Shown: piece after piece, positions 14,526-27,544 of the stretch
Position numbering within the stretch: position 1 is the first letter of the stretch
Layout of the letters: each line of letters opens with the position of its first letter
Source of the DNA: Octopus sinensis
Taxonomy: Eukaryota
NCBI RefSeq assembly: GCF_006345805.1
Contig: NC_043015.1
Location: 3,596,001-3,660,000, forward strand
Direction: 5' to 3'
DNA: 64,000 nucleotides
The notes under the pieces: model-generated
The model's database searches: none
Told to the model about the DNA's origin: nothing
What the model saw: the letters and a program-made list of their open reading frames with translations, nothing else
Position numbers and translations under genes: made by a program

Positions 14526-15433
14526 GACATCCCAAATCAAAGAAAAGCTTACAACCAAAAGCCTTACCATACATCTCCACACACAACCCTCTCATAACGA
14601 AGCATTCGACACCATCCCCCACAACATACCCCTCCTAAAAAAAGACCACAGAATGAACACAAATCCTCCAAACACACACGATCAAAAGCAAAAGACAGCC
14701 TAGATCCATGAAAAGTCTCCTTACACAAGCCCGAATTCACTCTTCAACACAGAAGCCGACAGTAAAAAAAAAATGGGAAGACCCAATTGCGGGATATGCG
14801 ACTATCTAATCGAGGGTTCTGAGTTCTCCTTCAAAGAGGGACAACGTTTTACAGTGAAAAGCAACTTCACATGGCTTCGGAGAACCTAATATACTCACTA
14901 CCTGCTCCGGGTGTCAAGAGCAGTACATAGGCCAAACAAAAAATGGTTTGCGTAAACGAATGCCCTGCACAGATCCCAGATAAAAATTCCCCAAACAGAA
15001 AAATAGCTTTTAGCCAACACATAGATACTTGCGCCAAAAAAAAAAACACCAAAACTTCTCCTTCTTCTTCTTCTTCTTCTTCTTCTCTCCACCCCCTACC
15101 CCTTAAGTTTGTCACTAATGTTTTTTAGTATAACACCTACGCTAATTCTATAAACAAGCCTGTCAATATAAATATTCTCCTGATTGAACTGAGACTGCCA
15201 GCCGCCACTGACCATTCAAATACGACCATCAGGGCACTCCCAGATTCTCCCACCCCCTTTCCTCACCAGCCTTCCCTCTACTACCCTACCAAGAACTCAC
15301 AACTACCTCGAACACACAAGTGCAAACAAGGGAGTCAGAGAAAGGCAGAATGCCACTTAAATCTGAACACTACTATAGAAATATTCTTTTAAAAAAACTT
15401 TTCTTCTAATTTTTCTAAATTTAATTATTTAAT

Positions 15434-15481
15434 CGTTACAGTTGAAGAGGTCTCAAAATGACCGAAACCGGTACTGAAATG
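15434..15481 (+). ncRNA. Minimal type I hammerhead ribozyme motif (right arm copy, U3-G8 core)
   Basis: CAG-UUGAAGA-GGUC(UCAAAAU)GACC-GAAA-CCGG-UA|CUG, with palindromic stem III ACCGGU and a GUA site. Confidence 0.55.
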
Positions 15482-15524
15482 TTCACTATAAAATTATTTT
15501 AGCATTTTCTATTTTTTACTGTTT

Positions 15525-15562
<38 letters not shown>

Positions 15563-15571
15563 TATCGTCAT

Positions 15572-15618
<47 letters not shown>

Positions 15619-15621
<3 letters not shown>

Positions 15622-15743
15622 GGTGTCCCCAAAAATGTATACACATAGTGGTTCGGCAAAAGAGCCGATAGAATAGTACTAGGCTTACAAAGAATGACAA
15701 ATTTACAATTATTTGAGGTGTGTATACATTATTTGGGGACACC

Positions 15744-15746
<3 letters not shown>
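15619..15746. mobile_element. Tiny Tc1/mariner-type MITE with an internal SINE fragment
   Basis: TIRs cagggtgtccccaaaaatgtatacaca / tgtgtatacattatttggggacaccct, with TA on the left flank. Confidence 0.7.
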
Positions 15747-15784
<38 letters not shown>

Positions 15785-17649
15785 CATTTATCGTCAACTT
15801 TATTAGGGAGCCTCAACACACATTTTTCCGTTGAAGCTGAAGCCACGTTTCTTATATGTACATACATATTACGTTACGTCATTAGTCGAAAGTTTTATGT
15901 ATGTTAATATATTCATATATGTGTGTGTATAGTTGTATGTGTGCTTGTGCATTTGTTTTTTTGCGTGTGTGTGTTTTTGTATGCTCATCTAAAAATAAAA
16001 CACACTTGGTGTTGTGGACTGCTGTTTAAAAAATTCTAACGGTCAAAGCTAGATGCAATATAAAATTATGCAGCACAATTATATAAACTTTTCGATACCC
16101 GGCGATCTGACGCAGTCAAAACAGAACAAAAAATTAAATTGTCCGTCCATTTAAGATGCCATCTTCAATATAAAATACACTCAGTTTAATTACAATATCT
16201 TGGAAAGAATTAGAATGTTATTAACTTTATAACTATTTTCATTTTCAGATAAATATTAGATGTTTTATTTGTTACTTTTTGAACGAGTAAATTTTTGAAT
16301 TTCATATTGTCTTTCCCAGCGTAGTCTCAATAAATGTTTTAATACTTTATAACTAAAAATGTTTATTTGTAAATTGTTTTATATCATATTCTGCAAATTT
16401 AGTTTATACACTACATTATTATATTCTTTTTTACAGGGATCTACTAGAAACGTCTTTCGAAGTTAAAGTTATATTATTGATAAGTATATGCTAACATATG
16501 GTGCTGTACATATCAGTCGTTTTCTTGGATGAGGAAATTTCCTGATAGTGAGATATAATTGATCGTGCGAAATCACAAGTTGCTTCACGTTAGACTATAC
16601 TCTTCATGTTTATTTCTCGATGTAATAAAAATCACAATACGTTGGAAATTGAAATACTTTTAGAGTGAAAACGAACTCGGTGATAGAAGGCATATGCATG
16701 GAAACGTTTATAACCGTCTATTCACAAAGTTTGCTTAGAGAAAATAAATTGTCAGTGACTTTTCCTAACAGTATTTGCATTCACGCGTGGTGGCCATGTT
16801 GGGAGTGAAACGTTAGAAGAAGTATCCCTAATAGCATATGTGAACGTAGGTCTCTCATATATAGTGAATTCGAAATTAACTGTGTGTAAACAGTTCTTGA
16901 TTCTGCCTACGCTTTTCAGAGCAGTCCTGCATCTTCTTAATAATTAAGACGTTTAGTTAATCAATCTTGTCTATTCCTCTTTTTGGAATTCCTCCTGAAG
17001 TCTTCTAATTTATACTAATAGTTTATTAATACAGTGGTATGAATATATCGAAAACATAATTACTCTTTCAAATTCGCACGTGGAAAGCTCGAAATCCAGA
17101 TGGTGTTCACAATGTGTTAGCATGAACATTGTTTCGAATAATGAGTGTACTTTATAATCTCTGACCAGGCCTAGAGATATATACAAGTACCGCATTTCCA
17201 ACAGCATATTACATCAATACTTGACTAATATAGGCACAATGAGATGCTTTTATCTATGGGCTGAAACAGATATAAGTTATTGTGATAATTTATATTCATG
17301 TTTTTTTTTAATAATTGCTTGTATTCTTATTTTGTATGCATAGCATAGAATAATATGCTATATGTATGTATGTTATTATAATTATCAGTTTATTAAATGA
17401 ATAAATTAACATTTGAATGTCCTGAAGCTGATGAACCAAATATTGTGCTCTTCCATTTTCTTATTTGCAATATAAATTAATGGTAAAGTATCTCTTTACC
17501 TTGACCCATTTAATACTTTAGGTAAGTTAATTGCATTGCAATAAAAAACGCTTGTGCAATAATAATTGTGTATTATACCAACGGTATATTTGATATCCCT
17601 TAGCGGGTTGGAACCACAAAACCTAACATTTTTGGAGTTATATATATAT

Positions 17650-17692
<43 letters not shown>

Positions 17693-17699
17693 TCTTTGA

Positions 17700-17875
17700 A
17701 TTTCTTTCAGTCATTTGACTGTGGAGCACCGCCTAAATCGATAAAAACGAGCCCAGGGTTTATTCTTTGCAAGACTAGTACTTAACCTATCAGACTCGTT
17801 TAATGAACCGCTAAGTTACGGGGATGTAAACGCACCAGCATCAGTTGTCAAGTGATGTTGGGGGGACAAACATAT
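17700..17875 (-). mobile_element. 3' part of CORE-like SINE (family B)
   Basis: Matches the 3' halves of 32706-33101 and 58141-58561 (gctaagttacg..gtaaac..accagcatc..ggggacaaaca). Confidence 0.8.
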
Positions 17876-17978
17876 ACTCGTTCACATACATATAACATAT
17901 ACCTACATACATATATAGCATATACATATATACAATGTATGTGTATATATACATATGTGTGTATATTAATGTATATAT

Positions 17979-18022
<44 letters not shown>

Positions 18023-18475
18023 TATATATATTCCTCGTATTACGTCTGGTACTCGTTATGTTGGTTTAGCTGTTGAAAAACTACGACATTCTCTTTGGAA
18101 CCATCTAACATATGTAATGCTGCTAACATGCGGCTTTCGATAGAAGTTTAAATTAGTTTGTAAAAGTACTTACTTTTACGCCTATCTATTGGTCTTGCGA
18201 GGTTCCTAATGTGAAATTGCGTATTGAAAAATAATAATAATAATGTCTGAAGTGACAAAAAACCATAGGGTGTATGTTTATCCGACAAATAATTATTACT
18301 ATCCCGTCATCTAATAAATGCTCATTACAGCGTCGCGATGAAATTTATAAATGAAAGGCTTACTTTCAAACTGGTAGAAAAAGGCCTTCAACCTGTTATT
18401 TCTATTATATTCTTTTAGCAAAATATTTAGACATCACATGTGTGTACCAATCGTTCAATTTGTTGTTTTCCATAC

Positions 18476-18644
18476 CGACTTTCAAATTCTGTATACGTAA
18501 TACTGTCGTATTATACGTATCGTAAAACTTTGACGGTGGCCGCTGCTCTAAAGGAAGAATTGAAAATATAATGCAACGATACTGGACATCATCAAACGAA
18601 GGTGATGGTCGATAATTCTTTGATGGCAATTGTGCAAAGAAGCA
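18476..18644 (-). CDS. Candidate alternative exon (CFFAQLPSKNYRPSPSFDDVQYRC...RIQNLKV), phase 0->1 like E12
   Basis: Acceptor aaatacag has a weak pyrimidine tract; donor G|gtatgg. 169-nt open frame. Confidence 0.33.
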
Positions 18645-19040
18645 CTGTATTTATTTGCATAACAAATAAGTCACATTTTTATCAACTTGAAATAGGAATT
18701 AGTTCGTGTGATGAAGTACGCGACTTTCAACATATAAAGGAAGATATATTTAGTTACATATACACTCTCAAATTAGTAAATGAAAATTAAAAGGATAAAA
18801 ATGTTTAACGTATACAGAGTATAAATTTGCAAGCCTGTGAAATATGATTTACAAAATTATCGTCTAAGATTTATCTGGAAATAATTATATACAGAAATGT
18901 CAAACATAATCAAGTTCAAAAGAACCAATATAGAATTTAGAATGTCACTAAGTAAAAATAAGGTTTATATATGTTTGTGTCTGATTGTGCGTTTGTGTGT
19001 GTGTGTACCTGTGAGTGTGTGTATAATAATATTTACATAC

Positions 19041-19123
<83 letters not shown>

Positions 19124-20189
19124 ATACATATATGTATGTATAATTGTATTATGTTTATGTTTGAGTGTGTGTGTGTGTGTGAGTATATACGTGTGTGCTT
19201 GTATGTGGTTGTTTGCGTGTCAGTGTATTGTGTACATAATGAAGCAAGCCACACTTTACTACGTAATGTTTTCTACAGTTTCTGCATTAGCAACGATAAT
19301 TTCGTTGCTCTCAGTAATAGAAGCCTAACCTAATTTGTAAAACAAAATACCTGAGTTAAAATTAGACTTCATTTCCGTGTTATGCCAATCGCTGTAAATA
19401 TTCTATGGTGACCAAGATATATAAAGCTTGATGTGTTAAAACATTATCTGAGCGGACAGGAGAGTATTTTCGTTCTTCTTAAAAGGAAAACAACAAAATA
19501 TAAAAATCAAAACTATTTCTGGGGGAAAAAAAAAATTCCTTCCATTACTGCGAAGTTTGAATTTTTCCGAAAGCTACATATATATATATACACCTATAAT
19601 AAATTGTACATACACATGTAGATAATATATACGCTCAGACAGGCATGTACACACGCACACGCAGAAGCAAAGACATATGAACATACATACGTATGCACAC
19701 GCACACACACGCATATGCAAACACATAGACATATCTTCATCAAAATAATGATTACGATAAGGACGTAATTAATAATAAAAATAAAATTATTTCAGCCATG
19801 GGTACAAAATATAAAATAAGATTCTTTCTTTGGTGGCGGGGGGTGCTAGTCCCTTACATCGATCCATTGCTTAGCAGGTACTTGCTTGATTAATCTAGAA
19901 AGGATGAAGTGCAAAGTCAGTTTCGCCAGCCTTTTGTTTCATGGCATATATATGGACCAAATGCAACTAAGGATTATTAACGACATAGTGTGTTTGTGTG
20001 TGTGCGTGTGTGTGTGTGTGTTGCTGTTAGATGTGTACATCGACTTGTATATTTCTTTGGCTCGGCAGCATTTCCAATATCCGGGATTATATAGCGTCTC
20101 TCAAGTTGAAACCTTGACGACGACGACGATGAGGATAATGAGGATGATGATGGTGATGATGATGCTAATGATGACGACGATGTTAATAT

Positions 20190-20320
<131 letters not shown>

Positions 20321-20324
20321 ATCA

Positions 20325-21150
20325 GCATGACAGAAGTGCGGCAACAAATATTGCAATGGTGTAATCAATAGCAAAAGAAAAAATTGGCTGACAGGTTTGA
20401 ACAAAACCCTCTGCATGGTAATAATGTGGCACGTAGTAAACAACCTGCTGTAGAGCCGAAGCATCCTCGCTAGTGTCTCCAGAACTCTGGGCTAAAGGTG
20501 CAGGTTTTATCTATATGCTCAAGATCGGAACTTAATAACCCGTAACCTACCAAGCCAATCTGATGGAACATGGAGTAGTCCAAAATTGCTGGTACTGCAA
20601 CATGAGAGTGAAGCAGTCTCTGGGTGCAAAATGTAATTTCTATAGAGTATAAAACAAGACATGACAGAGTCGGCCAATATTTGCACATGTCAATATGCGG
20701 GTATTATAAAAGCAAATGTGACAAATTGTACAAGCACCACCCTGAGGCTGTAACTGAGGGAGAAAATATGACGATTCTTTGGGACGTTCCAGTACATACC
20801 AACCACGTCACCAAAGCTAATAACCTAGATTAAGCTGTGACAGACGAAAACAATAAGAACTGTTTATTGATTGACATGGGCATATGTTAATATCACCATA
20901 TCTCAGAAAATAATTTGATAACTGCAGAGTATATAAAGATTTGCTGATTGAAATCGAAATTAAATGTGGTATCTCAAAACTGTTTCAATACCATTGACTG
21001 TAGGAGCAATTGGAATGATCAAATCAAGGAACTGAAAATTATTTCAGGATGCTCCCTGGCTTATCATACATGTACGAAATGCACAAAATTAACTGGTAAG
21101 TCACACGTATTGGGAAGAGAATTGTCACTGAGAGTTTTCTTAACTTTTAG
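20325..21150 (+). mobile_element. Decayed R4/Dong-like (RLE-type) non-LTR retrotransposon, C-terminal zinc-knuckle/endonuclease region
   Basis: EYKTRHDRVGQYLH...HHPEAVTEGENMTILWDVPVHT..KAN, then frameshifted LLID and YKDLLIEI remnants. Confidence 0.85.
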
Positions 21151-21364
21151 CCCTTAGGTTCTTTCTGTTCTTTTCTTTACCACTTCTTTTTCTTCTAGCC
21201 TTTTTCTTCGTGTCTTTCTTCCGCTATTGTCTACCACAAGGCTTCGTAAATGAAGAAGCTGGTGGGTTTATTTTAACGACATACTGATGAAAAACGTCAG
21301 TTTCTTTTGTCCTGTGTGTCGGGAAGTCACTCGGCAAGAAATACAAACAAAAATTAAGATAGGA

Positions 21365-21800
21365 AAAATTATAGTGATGGTGATGATGATGATGATGAGG
21401 AGGGGGAGGAGGAGGAAGAGAAGGAGAAGAAGAAGAAGAAGAAGAAGAAGAAGAAGGAGAGGAAGAAGAAAGAAGATGAAGAATGAGAAAAAGAAGAAGA
21501 AGAAGAAAAGGAAGAATGAGAAGAAGAAAAAGAAGAAGAAGCAGAAGAAGAAGAAAAGAAGAAGAAGAAGAAGAAGAAGAAGAAGAAGAAGAAGAGAAGA
21601 AGAAGAATGAGAAGAGGAAAACGAAGAAGAAATAGAAGAATAAGAATAAGAATAAGAAAAAGAAGAAGAAGAAGAAGAGGAAGAAGGAGGAGACGAAGAA
21701 GAAGAAGAAGATACTATGAATATTAAACATAAGAAGCAACCTAAGGCCTGAAGAAGATGATGGGTAGGCGGAAGGGGGAATATGATGATGTTGATGAAGA
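21365..21800. repeat. Compound (GAT)n/(GAA)n low-complexity tract
   Basis: Seen directly; source of the poly-R/K/S/F ORFs. Confidence 0.95.
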
Positions 21801-21829
21801 CTGTTTAAAATGCTTCTTGGATGTACGAT

Positions 21830-22090
21830 AGTTATGATGTTCGCAAATTTTGTCCGGCGAAGAGGTTTTGTCCGTTTCATTTAGTTATTGCCCAAATCGT
21901 AATTTATTTATGGTCACTGAAAGTATGAACTGTATAGAGGTCCTCGACGTCATTTGATCTCAGAACGTCGTTTATTATTTTGTCCGAAGTTCTCTCCTTT
22001 TTGTCATATAGCCACCTTGTGTACACATATATGCTCATAGTATTTCTAACTTTATTATCTAATATGTTGTTGAATTCTCTCAACAGCATT
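21830..22090 (-). mobile_element. Possible decayed LINE AP-endonuclease fragment
   Basis: The ...NTMSIYVYTRW...DVEDL..HTFSDHK ending resembles the APE C-terminal SDH motif. Weak. Confidence 0.35.
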
Positions 22091-22349
22091 CATAAAGCGT
22101 CTCTAGAAATTGTTTAAACAATCTATTGTGATATGAGAATAGATACTTTATTATTGATTTATATAATTATGCACGGAACAGAATAGGCATAAAATGTAGA
22201 AATAAGCACATAATAAATTTAAAAGTCTGTAAAATTATACGAAATGAACGATGCGTCTTTTGAGAGTCATTACTTCAACGCAAGATTTCACACCGAGAAC
22301 CATGTAAGCCAAATACGAACCCGAAGTAAAATATAGAAGCAAGACATTA

Positions 22350-22900
22350 TTGGGTTGTCCAGAAAGTGCGGGCCGATTTTTAATGGAAAGAAAAAGGTCA
22401 ATAAATACTTGAAGTTAAAATTGTAATTAACCAAATATGAACCTTTTTGTTGCACAATGTGTCTCCATCTTTCCTTTAACTTGAAAATACCCTCTTCCCA
22501 GAATTGAGTTGGTTTCATGGCAAAGTATTCATAAAGGTATCACTTTAAGTCATCCAAGGAATTGAAATTTTCACCATTAAGTTTATTCTGCAGAGACCTA
22601 AATAAGTGGAAATCCGAAGGAGCAATATCTGATGAATATGGAGGGTTGGGTAGCACATCCCAGCCGAGTTGCAGCAATTTTTGTCTGGTTCCCAAAGTAT
22701 CAAGTGCCGAAAATGAATTTTCCATTTTAAAGGGTTACAGAATTAACACAAGTTATAGGAACATAAACCTTCTTCCATAAAAATACAGATTAAACTGTGC
22801 TCTAAATGGAGGTGTAGTCAAATCCTATTTTATGGACTCAACCATGTTCTAAAATAAGTCGAAACGTAAGCTACTATAAATCGAAACGAATTTGACAGGC
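22350..22900 (-). mobile_element. Second copy of the internally deleted mariner
   Basis: TRQKLLQLGWDVLPNPPYSSDIAPSDFHLFRSL. Same TIR and same deletion junction as 3444-3993. Confidence 0.88.
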
Positions 22901-23574
22901 TGCAGCTATGTATTTTCCACTGGCAAGTTCAGCTTGGAGTGCCCCACCTTTCTAATCACACTCTAATACGCATACTAGACACAATTTCATTCAAAAAATA
23001 AGAAATCCTTTGTTTGGGTTGAGTGATAAATTATTGTTAGTTCCCGACACTTCCGTTTAGTTCTGTTCTTTTCTTAATCATATCCTTTAGATATTTCTGA
23101 TGATAATGCCTCACGTTTAACTGGAGAACAAAATCTCATAGCACCCATTGCACATCGTGTACATAACTCTAACTATAAAATTATACCTTAAATTTATCAT
23201 TTAGCATCGCCATCACCATTATTATGCACTTTTCCAAACCATTATTGTATTAATATTATTAGATTTTACTTGTCAAGTCTTCTCTATCCATGTTTTCTTA
23301 TTTGCCATTCTCATTCACAGTTTACATGCATTTTATCCGTTTGGCATCGTACTAGAAATGAAATATTTTTTGGTGCAGTTATGTAACTACAACTGACGCG
23401 TTCGGCATTTTTAACGCTCCATTATTTCTTTCGAAACTTTTTGTTCATATAGTAGTGACCTTTTCGACTTCTCGTGTTTTAAAGCCATCTATATTTAATC
23501 CGACACCTTGATGTTGGCTGTCGCATATTTCAGTTATTTGTCTTTGGGACTTTCATGTAGTTTACGATACTTAC

Positions 23575-23776
23575 CACTACTATACGTTTCTTAGTTGAGT
23601 AGGACATTGTGTTATTCACTGCAAGTCTTACTGATACAAATTCTTCTTTTCCACATTGAGACAAGTCTTGGATGGTCTTGCGTACGTACAGGTTACGAAA
23701 CTTTAAATGATTATCGAAATCCGAACGAGATAACCTTATTCTTGTATCGTTCTCTGCGGAATGAAACCCATGAAAT
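23575..23776 (-). CDS. Putative exon E11 (FHGFHSAENDTRIRLSRSDF...STKKRIVV)
   Basis: Acceptor cctttacag, donor GTG|gtaagt. 202 nt, open phase 2->0. Confidence 0.8.
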
Positions 23777-24559
23777 CTGTAAAGGTTCATAGATTAACAG
23801 TATACACAAAAGTATTAGTTACCCATTTTTCTAATTTAACAATTCCTATACTTTGCTTTGTTTTCATTTTTAGATGCCATACACACAAATCGCTAATATC
23901 AATTACTTTTATCGAGGTAACATACTTCCATATATTAACACACTTGTCAGTCTTAAGTTATACGAAGGAGTTGCCGTGTTACCAACACCCAAATGCAGGT
24001 ATTTATTTTTGTTTTTCACCCAGTTTCATAACTGAGACATCAAAACTGTGTTTTAGCTACTGAACTCCGCTATATCGAACTCAATTAAGCGAAACAACTT
24101 CTCTCCGAGTTTTAAGTCGTAATAGTTACGTTTGAAAAATAAGACTGATAAGACATTCCCAACTTGATAACAACTTCACACGACAAAGTTTTGTCTGTAT
24201 CGTGCCATTATCAATAATGAAGTTACTATCCGTTTTTTCTTCCGTTCTTATTTCATTAAGTTAATAGTTTTCTTTCTGTGACTTCTGACAGAAACGTTTT
24301 TTTTTTCTTTCCATCTGTCGGAAGTATTTCTCGTTTTCTAAATATTCCAGGCCTATTGTTCATTTGCTAGATGCCGTTATATAGTCCGAAGAGAAAAAAG
24401 AAAAAGATATTAAGAATACCAACTTGCAGGTTATTTCCTTTGAAATTAGATTTCAAGTATACCATGATATAAAAGTAAATCCAAGAAAAAACATCTAAGT
24501 TAGAGAGGTTAAATGATGAGAAATGCTTCTTAGTGACCAAGTACAATATTGGTCGAATG

Positions 24560-24578
24560 TTCGGTAACAACAACAACA

Positions 24579-24622
<44 letters not shown>

Positions 24623-24671
24623 CACCACCACTACCACCACAGGACTACTGCTGCTGCTACTGTTACTAGTA

Positions 24672-24712
<41 letters not shown>

Positions 24713-24870
24713 GCTGCTGAAGAATCATCATCATCCTCATCATGATTAAAATAGGATATAGTTATTGTAATGAATTTGTTGTTGCTGCTGTTGCTGATGA
24801 TGAGGATGATGGTGGTGCTGATGATGGTGACTATGATTATCATGATTATGATGATGATGGTCATGATGTG
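24560..24870. repeat. Compound (CTA/CCA)n then (GAT/GGT)n trinucleotide tract
   Basis: Seen directly. Confidence 0.9.
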
Positions 24871-25349
24871 CTTAGATAGAAAATGAGGATCGCAGAGTCA
24901 TAGTTGAAATGTTCATAAAACTGATTAAACATTCGAAACAAGAAGTCGAGATAAGATTATAGAAAACAAAAAATAAAAAAAGCTTAGTAAGATCATACTT
25001 TTGTAGTTCCCAATGAGATCAGAGTCGATAACACAGAAACAAAAAAGAAAACAAAACAAAAAGAAAATTATCAGCTCCTAGCCAGAGAGGTAAGTTGTAT
25101 GTGAAAGTTTAAGAAAATAATTGTTCATGTTGTAATTCGTGTATATGGTACAACTTCGAAAATGCTATCTAAACGCCCAAAAGAGGCTGGAACGGAAGCT
25201 GAACTGTCGACCTACAGAAGAGCACCATTCTATATTTTGCAAAGTTCATAATATTCTTATAAAATTGTAGTGACATGTTCTCATCAAACCTCGAGACAAA
25301 CTTCATGTCGTTAATTCGCATGTATTAGCTGGATAAATGAATAATAATG

Positions 25350-25419
<70 letters not shown>

Positions 25420-25660
25420 TAATAATAATCGGGATGGGCTACTCGACCTGAAGAAAATTCTAACTGGGCCCCACCTGCAAGGTCATGCGCTGTTTACCTT
25501 GATATGAGATCATCATGTCGCGCACATATGGTTATGATGCATGTGCCTGGTGTACCCTTATCAGACGAGTAGTCATGATGGGTATATTGGGCTTCGTATA
25601 TTTTACCCCAGAGTCGCTTTGATGGCATGCACTGCTCTCTCACTCAATAATAATAATAAC

Positions 25661-25698
<38 letters not shown>

Positions 25699-26264
25699 TA
25701 ATAGTAGTAGCAGTAGTGATGGTGATGGTGGTTGTGTTCTTGTTGTTGGTGGTGGTAGTAGTAGTAGTAGTAGTTCCATTGTTCCGATTCTACACTGAAG
25801 ACGTTGAAACTGTGACCCTTTAATCTGTGGATGTAAAGTTTGTTCGTCGACTGATATGATAATCCCTTGTGATCGTAATATTGCAAGAAAAAAAAAACAA
25901 GTACACAAACTCAGAAAATATAAATATTTGTTCGTTGCTATTCAAGACCCGTGGCATCTCAAGGTGGTTACGAAACAACTGATTGTTGGAGCAAATGATT
26001 ATTTGAGAATGATCCTTGGTTTGTCATTCATGCAGGATGTGCAAAAATTGTTTTAACCGCTGCATCGCATGGATTGATAGATTAATTGTCACTTCTAGAT
26101 CGATAAAATTGTATGTAAATATGCTTTCTGTATATATCTATTCGATTTTGTAAAGAAACAGTCTGGTGTATATACTGTAGTAACCTAACTGATTTTTATT
26201 GCCATAATTCTGCGGAAGTAACATGGCAAGAAAAAGAGATAAATTTGAAGGAAGAAAATCTTAA

Positions 26265-26314
26265 ATGATGATGATGATGACGATGATGACGACGACGACG
26301 ACGATGATGATAAT

Positions 26315-26389
<75 letters not shown>

Positions 26390-26602
26390 AAGAAGAAGAC
26401 GAAGAAGAAGAAGAAGACGAAGAAGAAGGAGGAGAAACATAAGAAGAAGTGGAGGAAGAACAAGAACAAGAACAAGAAGAACAACAAGAAGAACAAGAAG
26501 AACAAGAAGAAGAAAAAGAAGAATAGGAAGAGGCAGTAGAGGTAAAAGAAAAAAAAGAAGAAGAACAACAACAACAACAAAAACAAGAACAAGAACAGGA
26601 AC

Positions 26603-26634
<32 letters not shown>

Positions 26635-26700
26635 GAAGAAGAAGAAGAAGAAGAAGAAGAAGAAGAAGAAGAAGAAGAAGAAGAAGAAGAAGAATGATAA
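26265..26700. repeat. Compound (GAT)n/(AAT)n/(GAA)n tract
   Basis: Seen directly. Confidence 0.95.
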
Positions 26701-27506
26701 TCTTCAGGAAAGCATAACATTCCTAACTTCCGCTTGAATGCCTTCCCAAAGAGCCATGAATTGCTAATAAAATTCCACAACAATGTTTTGTTACAACCTA
26801 GTATGATTCCCTCTCGGCTAGTTAATGGTGTAAAATTCCTACTTCCAAAAGATGAAGAAAGAAATTAACCAAAATATTTTACACCTATAACCTGCTTAAC
26901 AAAAATGTACAAAAGTGTCGTATTCCCCAATGAAGAAAAAAAATGGTAACGTGTATTCTATTGTTGTAAAGATCAGCGACTCAATGATAAGATAATCTTG
27001 GAAGGTTGTCACAAACGACACAAAAACTTGTCGATAGAATATAAACAAGATTTTGATAGTCTACCACACAGCAGGATTAAGAAATGTCTGGAAATCTATA
27101 AAATAGCACGTACTCTGTGAAATATCCTGTCTCTAAGTATGAGATCATGGAAAACCATACTGACTTTGAACAGTGAGAATGAATCTCTTAAAGCTGGAAA
27201 TTTAAGAATTTCTTGGGGTATTAGGGTGACTCTGGTGTGACCCTCTATCGCAATTCCTCTTTTGTCTTGCCTTAATACCTCTTTCCAAATTCCTCAATGT
27301 TGTACTATAGGGTTATAAAATGTTTGGTAAAAATATAAATCATCTCATTTACATTGATGATTTAAAGATGTTTGCCAAAAATGACCAACAACTAGAGGAC
27401 TTGTTACCAATTCTTAAACAGATTTCAATTGGCTTCGACAAATGTGCAAAAGCTACATCTATCAAAGGCAATATGTCAGATACTTCTAAGGTTACTCTTG
27501 ACCAGT
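26700..27506 (+). mobile_element. Decayed R4/Dong-like reverse transcriptase fragment
   Basis: PITCLTKMYK, DFDSLPHS, and NHLIYIDDLKMFAKNDQQLE (YxDD) ...FDKCAK, with stops and frameshifts. Confidence 0.88.
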
Positions 27507-27544
27507 AAAATGGTATAAATGTGTCAACTATATAGCATATGACG

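Larger units (their letters stand above)
13326..15528 (+). mobile_element. 5'-truncated Penelope-like element (RT plus GIY-YIG remnant) bracketed by inverted pseudo-LTR arms
   Basis: Arms at ~13326-13807 and ~15055-15528 are near-exact reverse complements. Inserted in (TA)n. Confidence 0.92.
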
